From Chiloscyllium plagiosum (lineage: Eukaryota): DNA of 64,000 bases. The position numbers and the translations under genes are program-made. Positions 38,413-50,852 of this stretch are shown one piece after another. The stretch lies in the NCBI RefSeq assembly GCF_004010195.1, contig NC_057728.1, positions 44,644,279 to 44,708,278 on the forward strand, read 5' to 3'. Position 1 is the first letter of the stretch. Each line of letters opens with the position of its first letter. Below the pieces are notes generated by a model, which worked only from the letters and a program-made list of their open reading frames with translations, had not been told where the DNA came from and did not search any database.

Positions 38413-39512
38413 AGTTTACCACCCTGTGTCACCATATTCTGTCTGATATCTTGCACACACACTCTCTCTCTCTCTTTGCTATTGTAGCCACCTCCACCAA
38501 AGCTGATGCTGTACAACTTTCACTCTGCCTGCAACAACTTCCCTCACTTGCTCTCATTCACCTTAATGCCCAAAGGCTCTAACCCTGAACATTCACTCAT
38601 TCAAGAAACATCTCCTTCTGCATCAAATGTAACAACCATGCTTCCCATTTCCATCTCCCTTAATATCTGTCTCTCTCTCTCTCTCATTTCAAAAGAAAGG
38701 ACATTTAAAAAAATCAAGATGTCTGATGGACTATCCGACATCAGTTTTCTACTGCTAAGGTGGAGAACAGTCTGATTCTGACAGCCCAGAGTGGCTGACT
38801 GATTACGTCTAAGCCTCTGATTGGTCTCAGAGGCTGCACTGGTATTCCTAAGAGTCTGACTGAAGGTATGCTCCTGGACTTGGCTGATGCCTGCTAATAA
38901 CTGTGACAAATTTCCTGCTATCGCACTAAATGGCAAGGCAAGTCAGAAGTTATCTGTGTCTGGTATCTCTGGCTGAAGGGCAAAGTGCAAAAAAGGCAAG
39001 GTAAGGCAATGGCTTCTGTGAGCATCCAAGCTGGCTCATGGTGAGAGAGTGCTATGAGAGCAAGCAAAGAGCCCAGTGATGTAGCCTGGTCCAATCAATG
39101 AGCTGGATGTGTGTCCCAGAGTCCACATTGTCCTTGCTGCATTACAATGATAGCTGACTGTGCAGCACAGGATAAAGCATTGAAGTGCAGAAGCACACTG
39201 TAAGTGGATTGGAGATGTGTTGTGAGGTTGTTCAAGGCTGGCGCATATTGGCTGGCAATATCCATGGATGTGGAGTACATGTGGCCAGTGGCCATGTCAA
39301 TGCTTTGAGATGTTGGTACCTGGACTCCAACATGGAAATGCTTTGGAGCAAGTGGCACACTGAGTTTGCTAGGTACCTGCTTGGATTAGTCTGATGAGTT
39401 TCCTTGATATCTAGTCTGTCATTTTAGGTGAGATATGAGATTATATATTAACAAAGCACTTAATAAGCAATAATTCCTCCTCTTTACAAAAAAAAACAAA
39501 AGGTTGGTCGAG

Positions 39513-39596
39513 AATTGGGTTGGGATATCTGGTCAGCATAGACGGGTTGGACCGAAGGGTCTGTTTCTATGCTGTACATCTCTATCACTCTATGAG
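39513..39596 (+). mobile_element. CR1 extreme 3' end (about 80 bp)
   Basis: gggttgggatatctggtcagcatagacgggttggaccgaagggtctgtttc, near-identical to 18559-18610. Confidence 0.88.
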
Positions 39597-39602
39597 ATCA
39601 GA

Positions 39603-39927
39603 AAAAAAACAGAAATTGCTGGGATAGCTCAGCAGGTCTGGCAGCATCTGTGAAGAGAAAACAGAGTCAATGTTCCAGGTCCATTGACACTTCTCCAGAA
39701 CTGTAACTCAGATAAAAGGTTGGGATATATGCTGAAGATGGGATGGGGAGAATGGACGAGTAAATGATAAGGGAGATGAAACCTAGAGAGAGAGAAAACA
39801 ATATTTGAACAGACAGAGGGATGTGTAAAGGTTAGCCTGGAGGGGTCAATAGCTGCTAGTTGGGACCATTAGTGGCTGATACTGGGATGGCTGTGGTAGC
39901 AACCCACATGATGACAAGGTATGGGTG
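39603..39927 (-). mobile_element. PLE terminus (H2) with decayed hammerhead and upstream region
   Basis: aaattgctgggatagctcagcaggtctggcagcatctgtg; minus strand reads CTGGAGA-A-GTGTCAATGGACCT-GGAA-CATT. Confidence 0.6.
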
Positions 39928-41724
39928 TAATCCTCTTAACTGAAAGACAACTGCCCAGTGAGAAACTAAATGCACACCTTGTCAAAAGGTTAAAAGCTGG
40001 AGTGAGATGTTGAAATCAGCTTCATGGGTCTTCTCATAAATCTCATTATAGCCAACCTTCTCATACCACTACAAAATAACACCCCTTTCTTCAAATAACA
40101 GCAGCTCTCACCTTGAGCAATGGGGTTGATGATGTGTCATCATTGGAGGGCTTTCTATTGATCCTCTAGTTCTCAAAAAGCCACCTACCATCCTGAAGTT
40201 GATGACAGACAGGTTTCTTGATGACAAATTGGCCAGCTTGCCTAACGTTTTCCCACTTGCAACCTCTCTCCCAACTCTCCACTTGCCCTCACAAACACCC
40301 AAAGGGAATGAGGCAGTGCCATTACTTGCTTGCTCTCATTTCCTCCCAATTCAGGAACAAGAATCCACACCCTTCTACAGTAATTAGGTAGGGAGGAGTT
40401 AGGCAGTTACAGAAGCTACCGGTCCAACATTATTCAAAGGCAGGCTGTAGTCACTGATAATTCCACACAATCCAATGCTTTCCATCCAAATCAGAAAGGA
40501 TTAGAAGCAGAGGGGCAAGAAGAAAACTAAAGAATTTATTCTGAGAGAAAGAGGTGGAAGCTTTATGAAGGAGACACAAAGTAAGAAGCAAAATATGCAA
40601 GAACATAAATACAACAAGCTGGTAAAAGAAGAACTATGTCTTTTCACATACCGTAATCAACATTAACTAGAGATACAATCAAAAATATCATAGTTGTGTA
40701 CACTTTGTCAACATTGCCCTTTATAATTAATTGTTAAATTTCTTTTAATATACCTATAATAATTTGCCATGTCAAATTATACTCTCATGATGGTACTGTG
40801 TGCAAGTTTACTTAGGTTCTATTATAAACGTGGACAAGAAATAAGGTATAAATGTGTGACTAGAAAGAAGGTAATAGGAGCTGACTTGTTGTGTTCCCTG
40901 GTCCAGTTACTCCACCCTGCTTTTCCCAAAGATAACTTCGATCTTGATTCCACATAAGTAATGTCACATGAGATTGAGTACCGTATGCTGACACAGTTCA
41001 GTGATGTTCAGACATAAATGTTCAAATCTTCAAAGGGTTAACAGAGAAATTGTATTATGTGGATTTTGATCACCAAGAGAAAGACAAGTTACCACGCATC
41101 TCAATGCAGAGAAATGAAATTAAAGTTGAAACCAGCTCGGGATTTGGAGAAGGTTATTTTACATTTAACGTGAAGATTTTCCACAGGAAATGAATGTCAA
41201 CACTTAGAACATAAGAAGTGACAGACCGTAACAAAAAGTACTTTATGTACAGCTGGTCAGAGCAGTCTTTTGGAGATAATAGCTTCTGACACCATACTAT
41301 GGCCTTCTGGAATGAGTTGACAAGTTATGAGGAGATTAAGTATGAACTATGGTTACTGCACAATCTTTTAACCTGAATGGAAAAAAAATTAAATCACTGC
41401 AGAATTACTGCTAATAATGATTGAAGCAATAGGTTGAATAATTGAACTTTTCTCCACTTTCTTTGATTTAAAGTTTTAATGGATTTTGAGCCCAGTAATT
41501 TCTCTTTGAACAGCAAAACACAGATGAGAAAGAAAAGTGCACATGCCACCCCAAATTGTGAAATACAGAAGTGTTAAAGTTGAAATTAGAGTTCTGTTGG
41601 TGTCTTATGCCTTCCATTTCACTGCATTGTTTTCAGAATTCATGCAACCAACAAAGAAATAACTGGATTTGTAATATTATGAACTTTGAAGTAAGATTTT
41701 ACTTGTAAACTGTTGTGTCAAATG

Positions 41725-42095
41725 TTCTACTCTGACACAGCAGTGTGCACCACCTACAAGATGCACTGTAGAAATTCACCAAAGATCTTTAGACAGCTCC
41801 TTCCAAACACACAACCACTACCATAGAAAAAGATGAGCAGCAGGTATGTGGATAAACCATAACTATCTGCAAGTTCCCCTCCAAGCCACTTACGATTGAG
41901 ACTTGGAAATAAATCACAGGTCATTCAGTGTCATTAGGCTATAATTCCTGCAATTCCCTCCCTTACGGCATTATGAGTGCATGAATTGCAGCAGCTGAAA
42001 CAGGCACTTCACCACCACATTCTTCAGGACAAATAGGGATGGATAATAAATGCTTGCCCATCCAGCAAGACTTGCATCCCATAAGTAAATAATAG
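41725..42095 (+). mobile_element. Second LINE family, 3' end
   Basis: cacctacaagatgcactg...ccttccaaac...ctgcaagttcccctccaagccac...gggatggataataaatgcttgccc...catcccataag. Confidence 0.7.
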
Positions 42096-42411
42096 AAACA
42101 AAACTGTGTTGTTTCTGTGCTATATTCTGATGTTATCCCAACTTAAGGATAATATAGCAATTTATTTCTCTAGTCTCACTACGTCATGGACTACTATATT
42201 AAATTTAGTTGTTTTAGTCATTTGCCAAGATGTCAAATTGGATGCTTTCCCTTTATTGATTTTAAAAAGAATGAAAATGATCCATCAAGCATGCATTATT
42301 GATTAAGTATATTTATTAGCATAATGGGACTTATTCATTACACTATACCTCCCTCCAAATCCTTCATTCTACCCCTTTAAATCATTATCACTTAACCATT
42401 GACACTTCTCA

Positions 42412-43301
42412 AAGTTTGTGTAAAGATTTGTAGTTCGGATGCTGGTTGCAGTTGCTGTGGGTGTGTTTGCTGAGCTAGGAAGTTGGATTGCAGACGTTTT
42501 GTCCCCTTTCTAGGTGACATCCTCAGTGCTGTGGAGCCCTCTGTGAAGCGCTGTTATACTGTGTCAGTTGGAAGTCATGTGGTTTCATTTTGTTAATTAT
42601 TGTCTTGTTGGCTAAGGCTCTGTCAATTGAGGTAAACATCACCATTACATTGAACAAGACCATCGATTCCTCCTTGCCTATGTTTATGTTCTTGATATTG
42701 TCTAGGAATTCCTGCAATGATTGTAAGGAGTGTTTGGATCTGCTGATTAGAAGTTTGAGTTTTGTTGAAGTTCTTTTGCCAGTTTATGTGATGGAGTTCC
42801 TGGAAGTACCACAATGGATCTAAGAGACATGTCTGGTTTGTGTACTTTAGGTAATCCGTAAAATCATTGGTGCCTTTTGGTTTCATCTTTTGTAGGTCTG
42901 TCTAGCAATCCGCATTCATGAACATCAACTCGCCGCTAAATGCCACAACAGCTGTCCCTAGTATCTATACACACAGATGACAAGGATCACAAATTTGATG
43001 GGGACAACACAACAATAATAGGTTGAGCCAAACAAAGGACAGCCAGAGAATTCCTAGAAGCATGACACTCATCCATGGACTCCATCAGTAAACACATTGA
43101 CCTGGATCCAATATACCAACCACTGCAATGAACAGCCGGAACCGGCAACAGAAGCAGCGGGAATGAAACCAAATAAATTCCAGCCGACACAGTAGAGCAG
43201 CACTTTACATGAGGCTCCACATCACTGAGGATGTCCCTAGAAAGGGGACAAAATGTCTGCAACCCAACTTCCCATCTCGGCAAACATACCTACAACGACT
43301 G
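42412..43301. mobile_element. Rearranged Penelope-like element: inverted terminus, minus-strand RT fragment, plus-strand endonuclease end and terminus (family P2)
   Basis: Minus 42575-42900 gives FYGLPKVHKPDMSLRSIVVLPGTPSHKLAKEL...QEFLDNIKNINIGKEESMVLFNVMVMFTSID (PLE RT). Plus 42902-43130 gives LAIRIHEHQLA...HTDDKDHKFDGDNTTIIG*AKQRTAREFLEA. CTGAGGA hammerhead cores at 43225 (+) and about 42520-42526 (-). Confidence 0.88.
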
Positions 43302-43399
43302 CATTAATATTGCTCATAAGATTTTTTTGCTAACAGTTGTCTTAGTATTTCCTTCAATCACATTTTCCCCGCCCACATTTTCTTTTTGATTCTTTTTAT

Positions 43400-44905
43400 T
43401 CTTTCATGACATATGGGTATTACTGGCTGGGACACCATTTATTGCCCATCTCAAGATGTCCTTTAAATGTGGGGAAGCTGTCTTCTTAAACTACAGTAGT
43501 ACATTTAGTCATAGAGTCATACGGATGTACAGCATGGAAACAGACCCTTCGGTCCAACTCGTCCATGCCGACCAGATATCCCAACCCAATCTAGTCCCAC
43601 CTGCTAGCACCTGGCCCACTTCCCTCCAAACCCTTCCTATTCATATACCCATTCAGATGCCTTTTAAATATTGCAATTGTGCTAGCCTCCACCACTTCCT
43701 CTGGCAGCTCATTCCATACACATACCACCCCATGAGTGAAAATGTTGCCCCTTAGGTTTCTTTTATATCTTTCCCCTCTCACTCTAAACCTATGCCCTCT
43801 AGTTCTGGACTCCCCCACCCCAGGGAAAAGACTTTGTCTATTTATCCTATCCATGCCCTCGTGATCTTATAAACCTCAATAAGGTCACCCCTCAGCCTCT
43901 GACGCTCCAGTGAAAACAGCTCTAAACTATTCAACCTCTCCTTATAGCTCAAATCCTCCAACCCTAGCAACATGCTTGTAAATCTTTTCTGAACCCTTTC
44001 AAGTTTCACAACATATTTCCGATAGGAAAGGGACCAGAATTGCACGTAATATTCCAACAGTGGCCTAACCAATGTCTGGTACAACTGCAACATGACCTCC
44101 CATCTCCTGTACTCAATATTTTGACCAATAAATGAAAGCATACCAAATGTCTTCTTCACTATCCTATCCACATGCAACTCTACTTTCAAGGAGCTATGAA
44201 CCTGCACTCCAAGGTCTCTTTGTTCAGCAACACTCCCCAGGACCTTACCATAAAGTGTATAAGTCCTGCTAAGATTTGCTTTCCCAAAATGCAGCACCTC
44301 ACATTTATATAAATTAAACTCCATCTGCCACTTGTCTGCCCCTTAGCCCATCTGATCAAGATCCTGTTGTAATCTGAGATAATCTTCTTCGATGTCCACT
44401 ACACCTCCAATTTTGGTGTCATCAGCAAACTTACTAACTATACCTCTTATGCTCACATCTAAATCATTTATATAAATGATAAAAAGTAGTGGACCCAGCA
44501 CCGATCCTTGTGGCACTCCACTGGACACAGGCCTCCAGTCTGAAAAACAACCCTCCAACACCACCCTCTGTCTTCTATCTTGGAACTAGATCTGTATCCA
44601 AATGGCTAGTTCTCCCTGTATTCCATGAGATCTAACCCTGCTCACCAGTCTCCCATGGGAAACCTTGTTGAACGCCTTTGGTGAAGGTCAATCCAGAGTA
44701 TTGTTAGGGAGCCAGTTCCAGGATTTTTACCCAATGACACTGAAAAAGCAATGACGTATTTCCAATTCGAGATTAGTTAATGGTTTGGAGGGGAACTTGC
44801 AGGTGTTGATGTGCCCATATACTTGCTACCCATGCCCTTCCAGACAGTAATGGTAGTGGATTTGGAAGGAGCTGCTTAAGAATCCTTGCTGAATTTCTGT
44901 GATGA
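43400..44905 (-). mobile_element. Second LINE family 3' end (43400-43506 and 44679-44905), split by a CR1 insertion
   Basis: catttattgcccatc tail on the left side continues with ggtgaaggtca...gagccagttccaggattt...ttggaggggaacttgcaggtg on the right; collinear with the reverse complement of 41725-42095. Confidence 0.7.
43507..44678 (-). mobile_element. CR1 LINE 3' 1.17 kb
   Basis: [55 protein letters not shown]; tail ATGACTCTATGACT. Confidence 0.95.
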
Positions 44906-45620
44906 TATAACCTTCTACTCAGAGCCTTTCTTGTGGAAGAATAATACATCAGTGGTTCACTCCCTGGTGTTAGGAAAGCACACTCTAGTGCAGGCTCACT
45001 GTAATCTGACATAACTGTTGGTATTTGGGGTGTAGTAATCACAATAATCGGATGATAATGGCAATGAAGAGGAATCCATGAAAACTGAACTCAGGAGGCA
45101 AACAACCAGCACGTGGAGAAATAAAGAACAATAAAGGAAAAAGGGAGTTTGTTCAATACACAATTATCCTTACGCTGCTCTCCTAAACTGTATTTCTCAC
45201 AACCTCCCCCTGTCCCCCCATCCCTACCCTGCATTTTCCAATCCCAGTCCAGGAGAAGGGCAAGATGACCTCCTTCAACACAATTCTCTCTTTGTAAGAT
45301 TTTGTTTTAAAAAAATACCCTTTGTACTTCAATGTTGACCTGTACATAAAATAACCATTTTGTTTCCAAACTATTAAACGGGAATCAGTACTTGATCTTG
45401 ATTCATTTTGAGTTCAGGAAAGGAAAACAGCTGAACTTGGAAACTGAACCACTGAATAACAAAATTATCTGACTTCAATACTCTGGTTATATAACAAAAC
45501 ATCCTGCTGAGGACTCTGGTCAAAATAAAATCTAAATAAACTGTAGTATTTTGACCTGGGGGATGGGGTGGTGGTAGTGGTGGGGGGGGGGTGTGCAGGG
45601 AGGGGGGGGGGGAGGGAACA

Positions 45621-45640
45621 NNNNNNNNNNNNNNNNNNNC
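45621..45640. other. Assembly gap (20 N) adjacent to a poly-G tract
   Basis: N run preceded by long G runs at about 45558-45617. Confidence 0.95.
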
Positions 45641-46489
45641 CAGAAGATTTATTCTTGCTGTTCCTGAATTTTTTTGTCTTCTTTTGTTTATTTTTTTTCC
45701 AATTTCTAAAGGTGATCAGATTTTCTTGATTAAATAGTCACTGTTGATTTTCTTTGTGGGCCAGATGGACTAATTTTATAGGTTAGAATCAGACTTTTTC
45801 TGATGCAGTTTATGCTAATTATATGTGGGGAAAACAGGAATGTTGTTGCCAAGTTAATAACCAATTTAAGACGAGTACACAAAAAGATGGTGAAAATAAA
45901 AGATTATCATTCTGACCAACTGCACTACTGGCAGTGGAAGGGCAAGGAATATTCAACAAGCAATACTTAAACAGAGTGCGTGGGCATCATTTTATGTGAC
46001 CCACTCCCACCGCCTCCCACCTTCAAACCTACTGGCAGAGCAAGGCATAATGTAGCCCTTTATGTGAAATGGTCATAAGGCTTTGTTTTGGGAATTGCTG
46101 CTAAAATCTGTATTATCATTGCAGTGGACAGCCCATCCTCAAATTGCCAGGCAGTGAAAATGTACTGCAGGGTGATTAAGGCAAGAGAGGATTCTTATTA
46201 CTGAAGGAACTGTGAAATCAATAACTTGGGATGCAATTTAAAAGACTGAGTGAGTAAAATCGAAACAGAGATTTAAAACATATTAACTGTAATTGAATAT
46301 GATGCCCTGCGTGTATATAAAACAGGTTTACAGGCAGTAACTTCTTCAAAACATTGGGGGCGGCTTCCTATGGTCTGAAATTCTCCTCTTAAATCTCACT
46401 TGCAGATTTCAAGCATGTTTTAATATGATGCACATCTGTAAAAACTTTTGCTGGAAATTGCTACGAATAATTATTTGAAATAGCATCGC

Positions 46490-46710
46490 TCAGCAATTCT
46501 CACTTTAGAAATTGTCTTGGGATCTTTTATATTTACCTTAGTAAGACAGTTAGGGCTTTGGTTTTTCAATGTATGCGAAAGACAACACCTTCAATAGTGC
46601 AACATGCTCTCAGCGTTGGACTGGAATGTCAGTTTGATGACTATGCTCAAGTCCCAGAGTGACAGTTTAAATCTGGAGACTCAGAGATGACAGTGCTGCT
46701 AATTGAGCTG
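46490..46710 (-). mobile_element. Deu-domain-type SINE, 5' part
   Basis: gggatcttttatatttacct...gaaagacaacaccttcaatagtgcaacatgctctcag...tgctcaagtcc...gactcagag. Confidence 0.6.
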
Positions 46711-46879
46711 CAGTTGCTATGAATTGTTGATTGAAAATTGGGCTAGTTCCTGTAGAGCTCACAGAATCATAATGTGGGCCTTAATTGACTCAAAAAGCAT
46801 ATGGACAACCCAAGGTATTGATAGCTCAAAATTAGTGCAAATCTTGTCTTTTTCACTTTAGGGGTAAATTTTTTTTTTA

Positions 46880-47140
46880 ATTCTTTGATGAACCTGCATT
46901 TATTACCCATCTCTAATTACCCAGACTGTAGTTAGGAGTTATACCAATTGCTGTGGGTCTGGAGTCACTTGTAGGCCAGATCAGGCAAGGATGGCAGTTT
47001 CCTTCACTATAAGATATTAGCAAACCAGATGGCTTTTTCCAACAATGGTAAATGGTTTAATTGTCAACATTAGATTCTAGATTTCAGATTTTATTGCAAT
47101 CAAATCCCAACACCAGGATTCAAACCCTGGAACTCAGAAG
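46880..47140 (-). mobile_element. tRNA-derived SINE sharing its 3' tail with the second LINE family
   Basis: Minus-strand B box GGGTTTGAATCC near 47117-47128; tail gcatttattacccatctctaatt matches the LINE tail at about 43436-43452. Confidence 0.6.
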
Positions 47141-47240
47141 AGAAATATGTTATGCCATATTTTCCCATAATCCATTAATACTCTAAAATCAATGCACTTC
47201 CTAACATAGTTTGCTTTTTCACATGACACTGCTGGGTGGA

Positions 47241-47409
47241 TTCTGGATTAGTGATGCTGGAAGAGCACAGCAGTTCAGGCAGCATCCAAGGAGCTTCGAA
47301 ATCGACGTTTCGGGCAAAAGCCCTCCTTGGATGCTGCCTGAGCTTCTGTGCTCTTCCAGCACCACTAATCCAGAATCTGGTTTCCAGCATCTTCAGTCAT
47401 TGTTTTTAC
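47241..47409. mobile_element. Head-to-head H1 PLE mini-insert with 14-bp TSD
   Basis: TSD CACTGCTGGGTGGA at 47227-47240 and 47410-47423; inverted arms TTCTGGATTAGTGATGCTGGAAGAGCACAG / CTGTGCTCTTCCAGCACCACTAATCCAGAA. Confidence 0.9.
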
Positions 47410-47694
47410 CACTGCTGGGTGGAAGCAATCACCTGCAACAAACATGCGTAGGGATTTGCTTCCCATTTTGTTTAATGAGAATGATAATAATTCTTCCTTT
47501 CTTGACCAGAAATGTTTCTGTAGCCTATTGTTCCAAATTGTCATGGTAGTCTAAGGAGCAATTCTATACAATATCTCTCTCAAGCTGGATACTGAGCTTT
47601 TATATTGTACACAAAGTTGTGACTAGGGATAATTGATAGACACCAGTCATATTTTGGATACTTTCCATTAGGATTTTAAGATAATGTAGAAATA

Positions 47695-48110
47695 AAATTT
47701 GTATTTACTTAGTACCTCCCTTGTCATCAGGATGTTCCAAAGTATTTCCAGCAAACAGGTAACCTCTGAAGTGCACTCATTGTTTAGTGGGTAAATATGG
47801 TGATCAATCTCTGCACAGCAAGATTCCAAATGTAGCTAATAAAATGACAAGTTGATCTATTTTGCTGTTAGTTAGATATAAACCAGGACATTATAAGAAT
47901 CCTCCACTCTTCTTCAAACAATGCCTTAGGATATTTATAACTTACTGCACAAATGGGTGGAACCTTGATTCTACAGCTGCTATCAGAAAATAGCAATGTA
48001 GCACTTAGTCATTGCTGCCTTGAACTAACAGTATAAACCATGTATTCAAATTTGGAAAAGGTCCTGTACCATGACCTCTGATTCAAAGACAAGGATGTCA
48101 GCAACTGAGG
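47695..48110 (-). mobile_element. Deu-domain-type SINE, diverged
   Basis: Collinear with 20200-20545 (tcaggatgttccaaagtattt...ctgaagtgcactcatt...ctgcacagcaagattcc...tgccttaggatattt). Confidence 0.55.
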
Positions 48111-49204
48111 GAAAATAATGGGAAATGCAGACAAACTTCAAATTGCCAATGGACTAATTACAGAGAGAGCAATATAAGATGTGCAGTATTTAATTAGATT
48201 CAGAAACAGTAAGCTAGGTTAGTTTTCCAGATGGCACTCTTCACCAAAATAACAGCTAGAATTAAGTATTTTTAGATTTTAAAATATAGGACATTTCATT
48301 TAGCATGTTTACTTGGAGTTAGTGTGTTGCCATGTTTATCACTTTGTGATATCTTCAAGTTTCTTGGCGAGACTTTACTACTGGAATGAAATTGTTGTAA
48401 TTTATGTAAACACATTGTGTTCCGGAGGTCATGTCTTCAGTACATGCACATGTTACTTCACTGACAGAATCTGCCTGGTTCAACCAACTCTGGGTGCCTT
48501 AAAGCAGGGCCATATAAATAAATGATAGTTTAGAGCAGGGAAGATATATCAGCTCGGCAGTAAAGTCAATGCGTCACAATAATTGCTGTTGCAGCTTGAA
48601 TTCAGAAAGTTTGTTAAAAAGTTAAAGTGGCGAGGTTGTATTTTTAATTACTGAATGATTCAACGTCTGGAGAAGTTTTACTTTGCATGCTCATTTGTTT
48701 TTATGATTCTAACATCAAAATCAAAAGTAATTAGTTACTCCCTTGGGAATCTGACTGACGTAACTGACAGCAACACATGTCAAACCTCTTGGTCTGCACT
48801 AGACCTCAACTCATTGTAATTTGTTGCATTTCACGACAGCATTTTTGACATTTAACTGAATTTTCTTTTAAGTGTCTCTGATTCATGACATTAGAATTTC
48901 TAATGCACTATGGTAAACAGATGGAAATTGCAACTTTTCACTTGGAGTCTGTGAAATCAAAATGACAATTATTCTTTAGGTTGCTCATAAGGAGGCTTCT
49001 AAATGATACTGAGTGCACAGCTGCACAAGGAACAATAGATAATGAAATATCAAGAGCTCTCAAGATTTTAAATGGACAGTTGCCCTCTAATGAGGAGGGG
49101 CAGCTGAAGGAGCAATCACATTCTACTGGAAGGAAAAGGCCAACCCTAGCATCTATGGAGTAGCTGTTACAATCCAGACTAGGGCACACTGCCAGAGGCC
49201 TCCA

Positions 49205-50476
49205 GATGCAAAAAGGATGGTATAAATGAGGGAATCAAAAGACCAATATCCTTGCAGGGAGGTTTGTTAGTGTCACTTAGGATGGTTTAAACTAGTCTGG
49301 CAGAAGGTGGGAACCACAGCACTAGGTCAGCATGTGGAGTGTTTGAAGATGAGAGGGAGGCTAAATGAAGTAAGTCTAGTAGAAAAACATTGAAGGGCCA
49401 GGTTAATGAGCACAATGGCCTGAGGTGTAGTTATTTTAATGGCAAGGAGTATAACAGATAAGATAGAATGATCTTAGAGTTTGAATTAGTGCATGGGACT
49501 ACATTAAATAAATTGGTTGAAAGAAGGGCAGGACTAGCAACTCAACATTCCAGAGTTTAGATGTTTTAAACATGATAGAGAATGATGTAAAAGGGATGGA
49601 GAAGTGCGGAGGGGGAGTCCAGAACTAGAAGGCATAGGTTTAGGGTGAGAGGGGGAAGATATAAAAGAGACCTAAGGGGCAACATTTTCACACAGAGGGT
49701 AGTATATGTTTGGAATGAGCTGCCAGAGGAAGGAATGGAGACTAGTAAAATTGCAACATTTAAAAGGCACCCTATATGGGAATATGAATAGGAAGGTTTT
49801 GGAAGGATTTGGGCTGGGTGCTGGCAGGTGGGACTAGTTTGGGTTGGGATATTTGGTCAGCATGGACAAGTTGGACTGAAGAATCTGTTTCCACCTCAAT
49901 GACTGTATGATTCTATGACATCTTGGAGGGCTCATCCAATGAGGCAATGTGGGTAGAATTTCAGATTAAGAATGGTGCAATCACTATGATGGTATTACAC
50001 TGTAGACCTCCTAATATGCGATGGGAATTAGAGTAACAGATATGTAAGTAGATCATTAAAAGATGTAAAAACAACAGTGTGGTAGTAGTGGGGGATATTA
50101 ATTTCCACAATATTCACTGGGACTCCCATAGTGCCATGGGCTGCAATAAGGCAGAATTTATTAGGTGTATCCAGGAGAGAATCCTGAAACAATATGCAGA
50201 TTATCAAAGCCGTGAAGGGACCATTTTAGACCTTGTATTGGGGAACGATCCTGGCCAGGTGGTTGAAGTTTCAGTGGGGGAGCATTTTGGGAACAGTGAT
50301 CATAATTCAGTAAATTTTAAGATAATTGGGGAAAAAAATAAGACTGGTCCTTGGGTGAAAGTGCTAAACTAAGGGAATGCTAATTACAACAGTATTTAGC
50401 AGGAACTGGAAAAATTGGATTGGGGGCGGCTGTTTGAAGGTAACTTCGCACCTGAATTGTCAGATTCTTTTAAAGA
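49205..50476 (+). mobile_element. Old CR1 5' region (ORF1 end plus endonuclease), interrupted by a younger CR1 3' fragment
   Basis: TNILAGRFVS...GLN*-like ORF1 end, YFN/ARSIT, WLKEGQD*QLNIP, MWVE, RPPN, GDINFH, ILDLVLGND, SDHNSV. Confidence 0.8.
49611..49918 (+). mobile_element. Younger CR1 3' fragment nested in the older CR1
   Basis: ggggagtccagaactagaaggcataggtttagggtgagaggg...ggaatgagctgccagagg...atgattctatga, highly similar to 60368-60669. Confidence 0.9.
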
Positions 50477-50852
50477 CACACATGCAAGCACACACATACG
50501 TACATACATGGGTTGAATTTGCATTTGCAGAATTGTAATTGTGGATACATTTACCTTTTTTTATGAAACCTTAAGTTATTTCAAGAAAGCGACTTTGAAA
50601 GAAGTTCTGGGATTTACATATTAATGAAACAAAACCTGCAACCCATTCTGGAAGATAAAAGACTTAACAGCAATCTAGGTTTGTTTAATATATCATATCA
50701 GTTGCATGCATGACACTGTAATCTTTTGCTATAAATTCTGTGTCTTAATGCCCTGCTCCACAGCTAACTGATGATGAAGGAGCAGTGCTCCAAATGCTAG
50801 TGCTTCCAAATAAACCTTTTGGACTATAACCTAGTGTTGTGTGATTTTTTTT
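50477..50852 (+). mobile_element. PLE terminus with decayed hammerhead (family H4), short 3' end
   Basis: tgatgaaggagcagtgctccaaatgctagtgcttccaaataaaccttttggactataacctagtgttgtgtgattttt; paralogous to about 54170-54420. Confidence 0.7.

Noticed and set aside
48975..49163. Possible exon after TCTTTAG with a 60-aa open frame
   Set aside because: No recognisable protein similarity, weak polypyrimidine tract, no partner exons.
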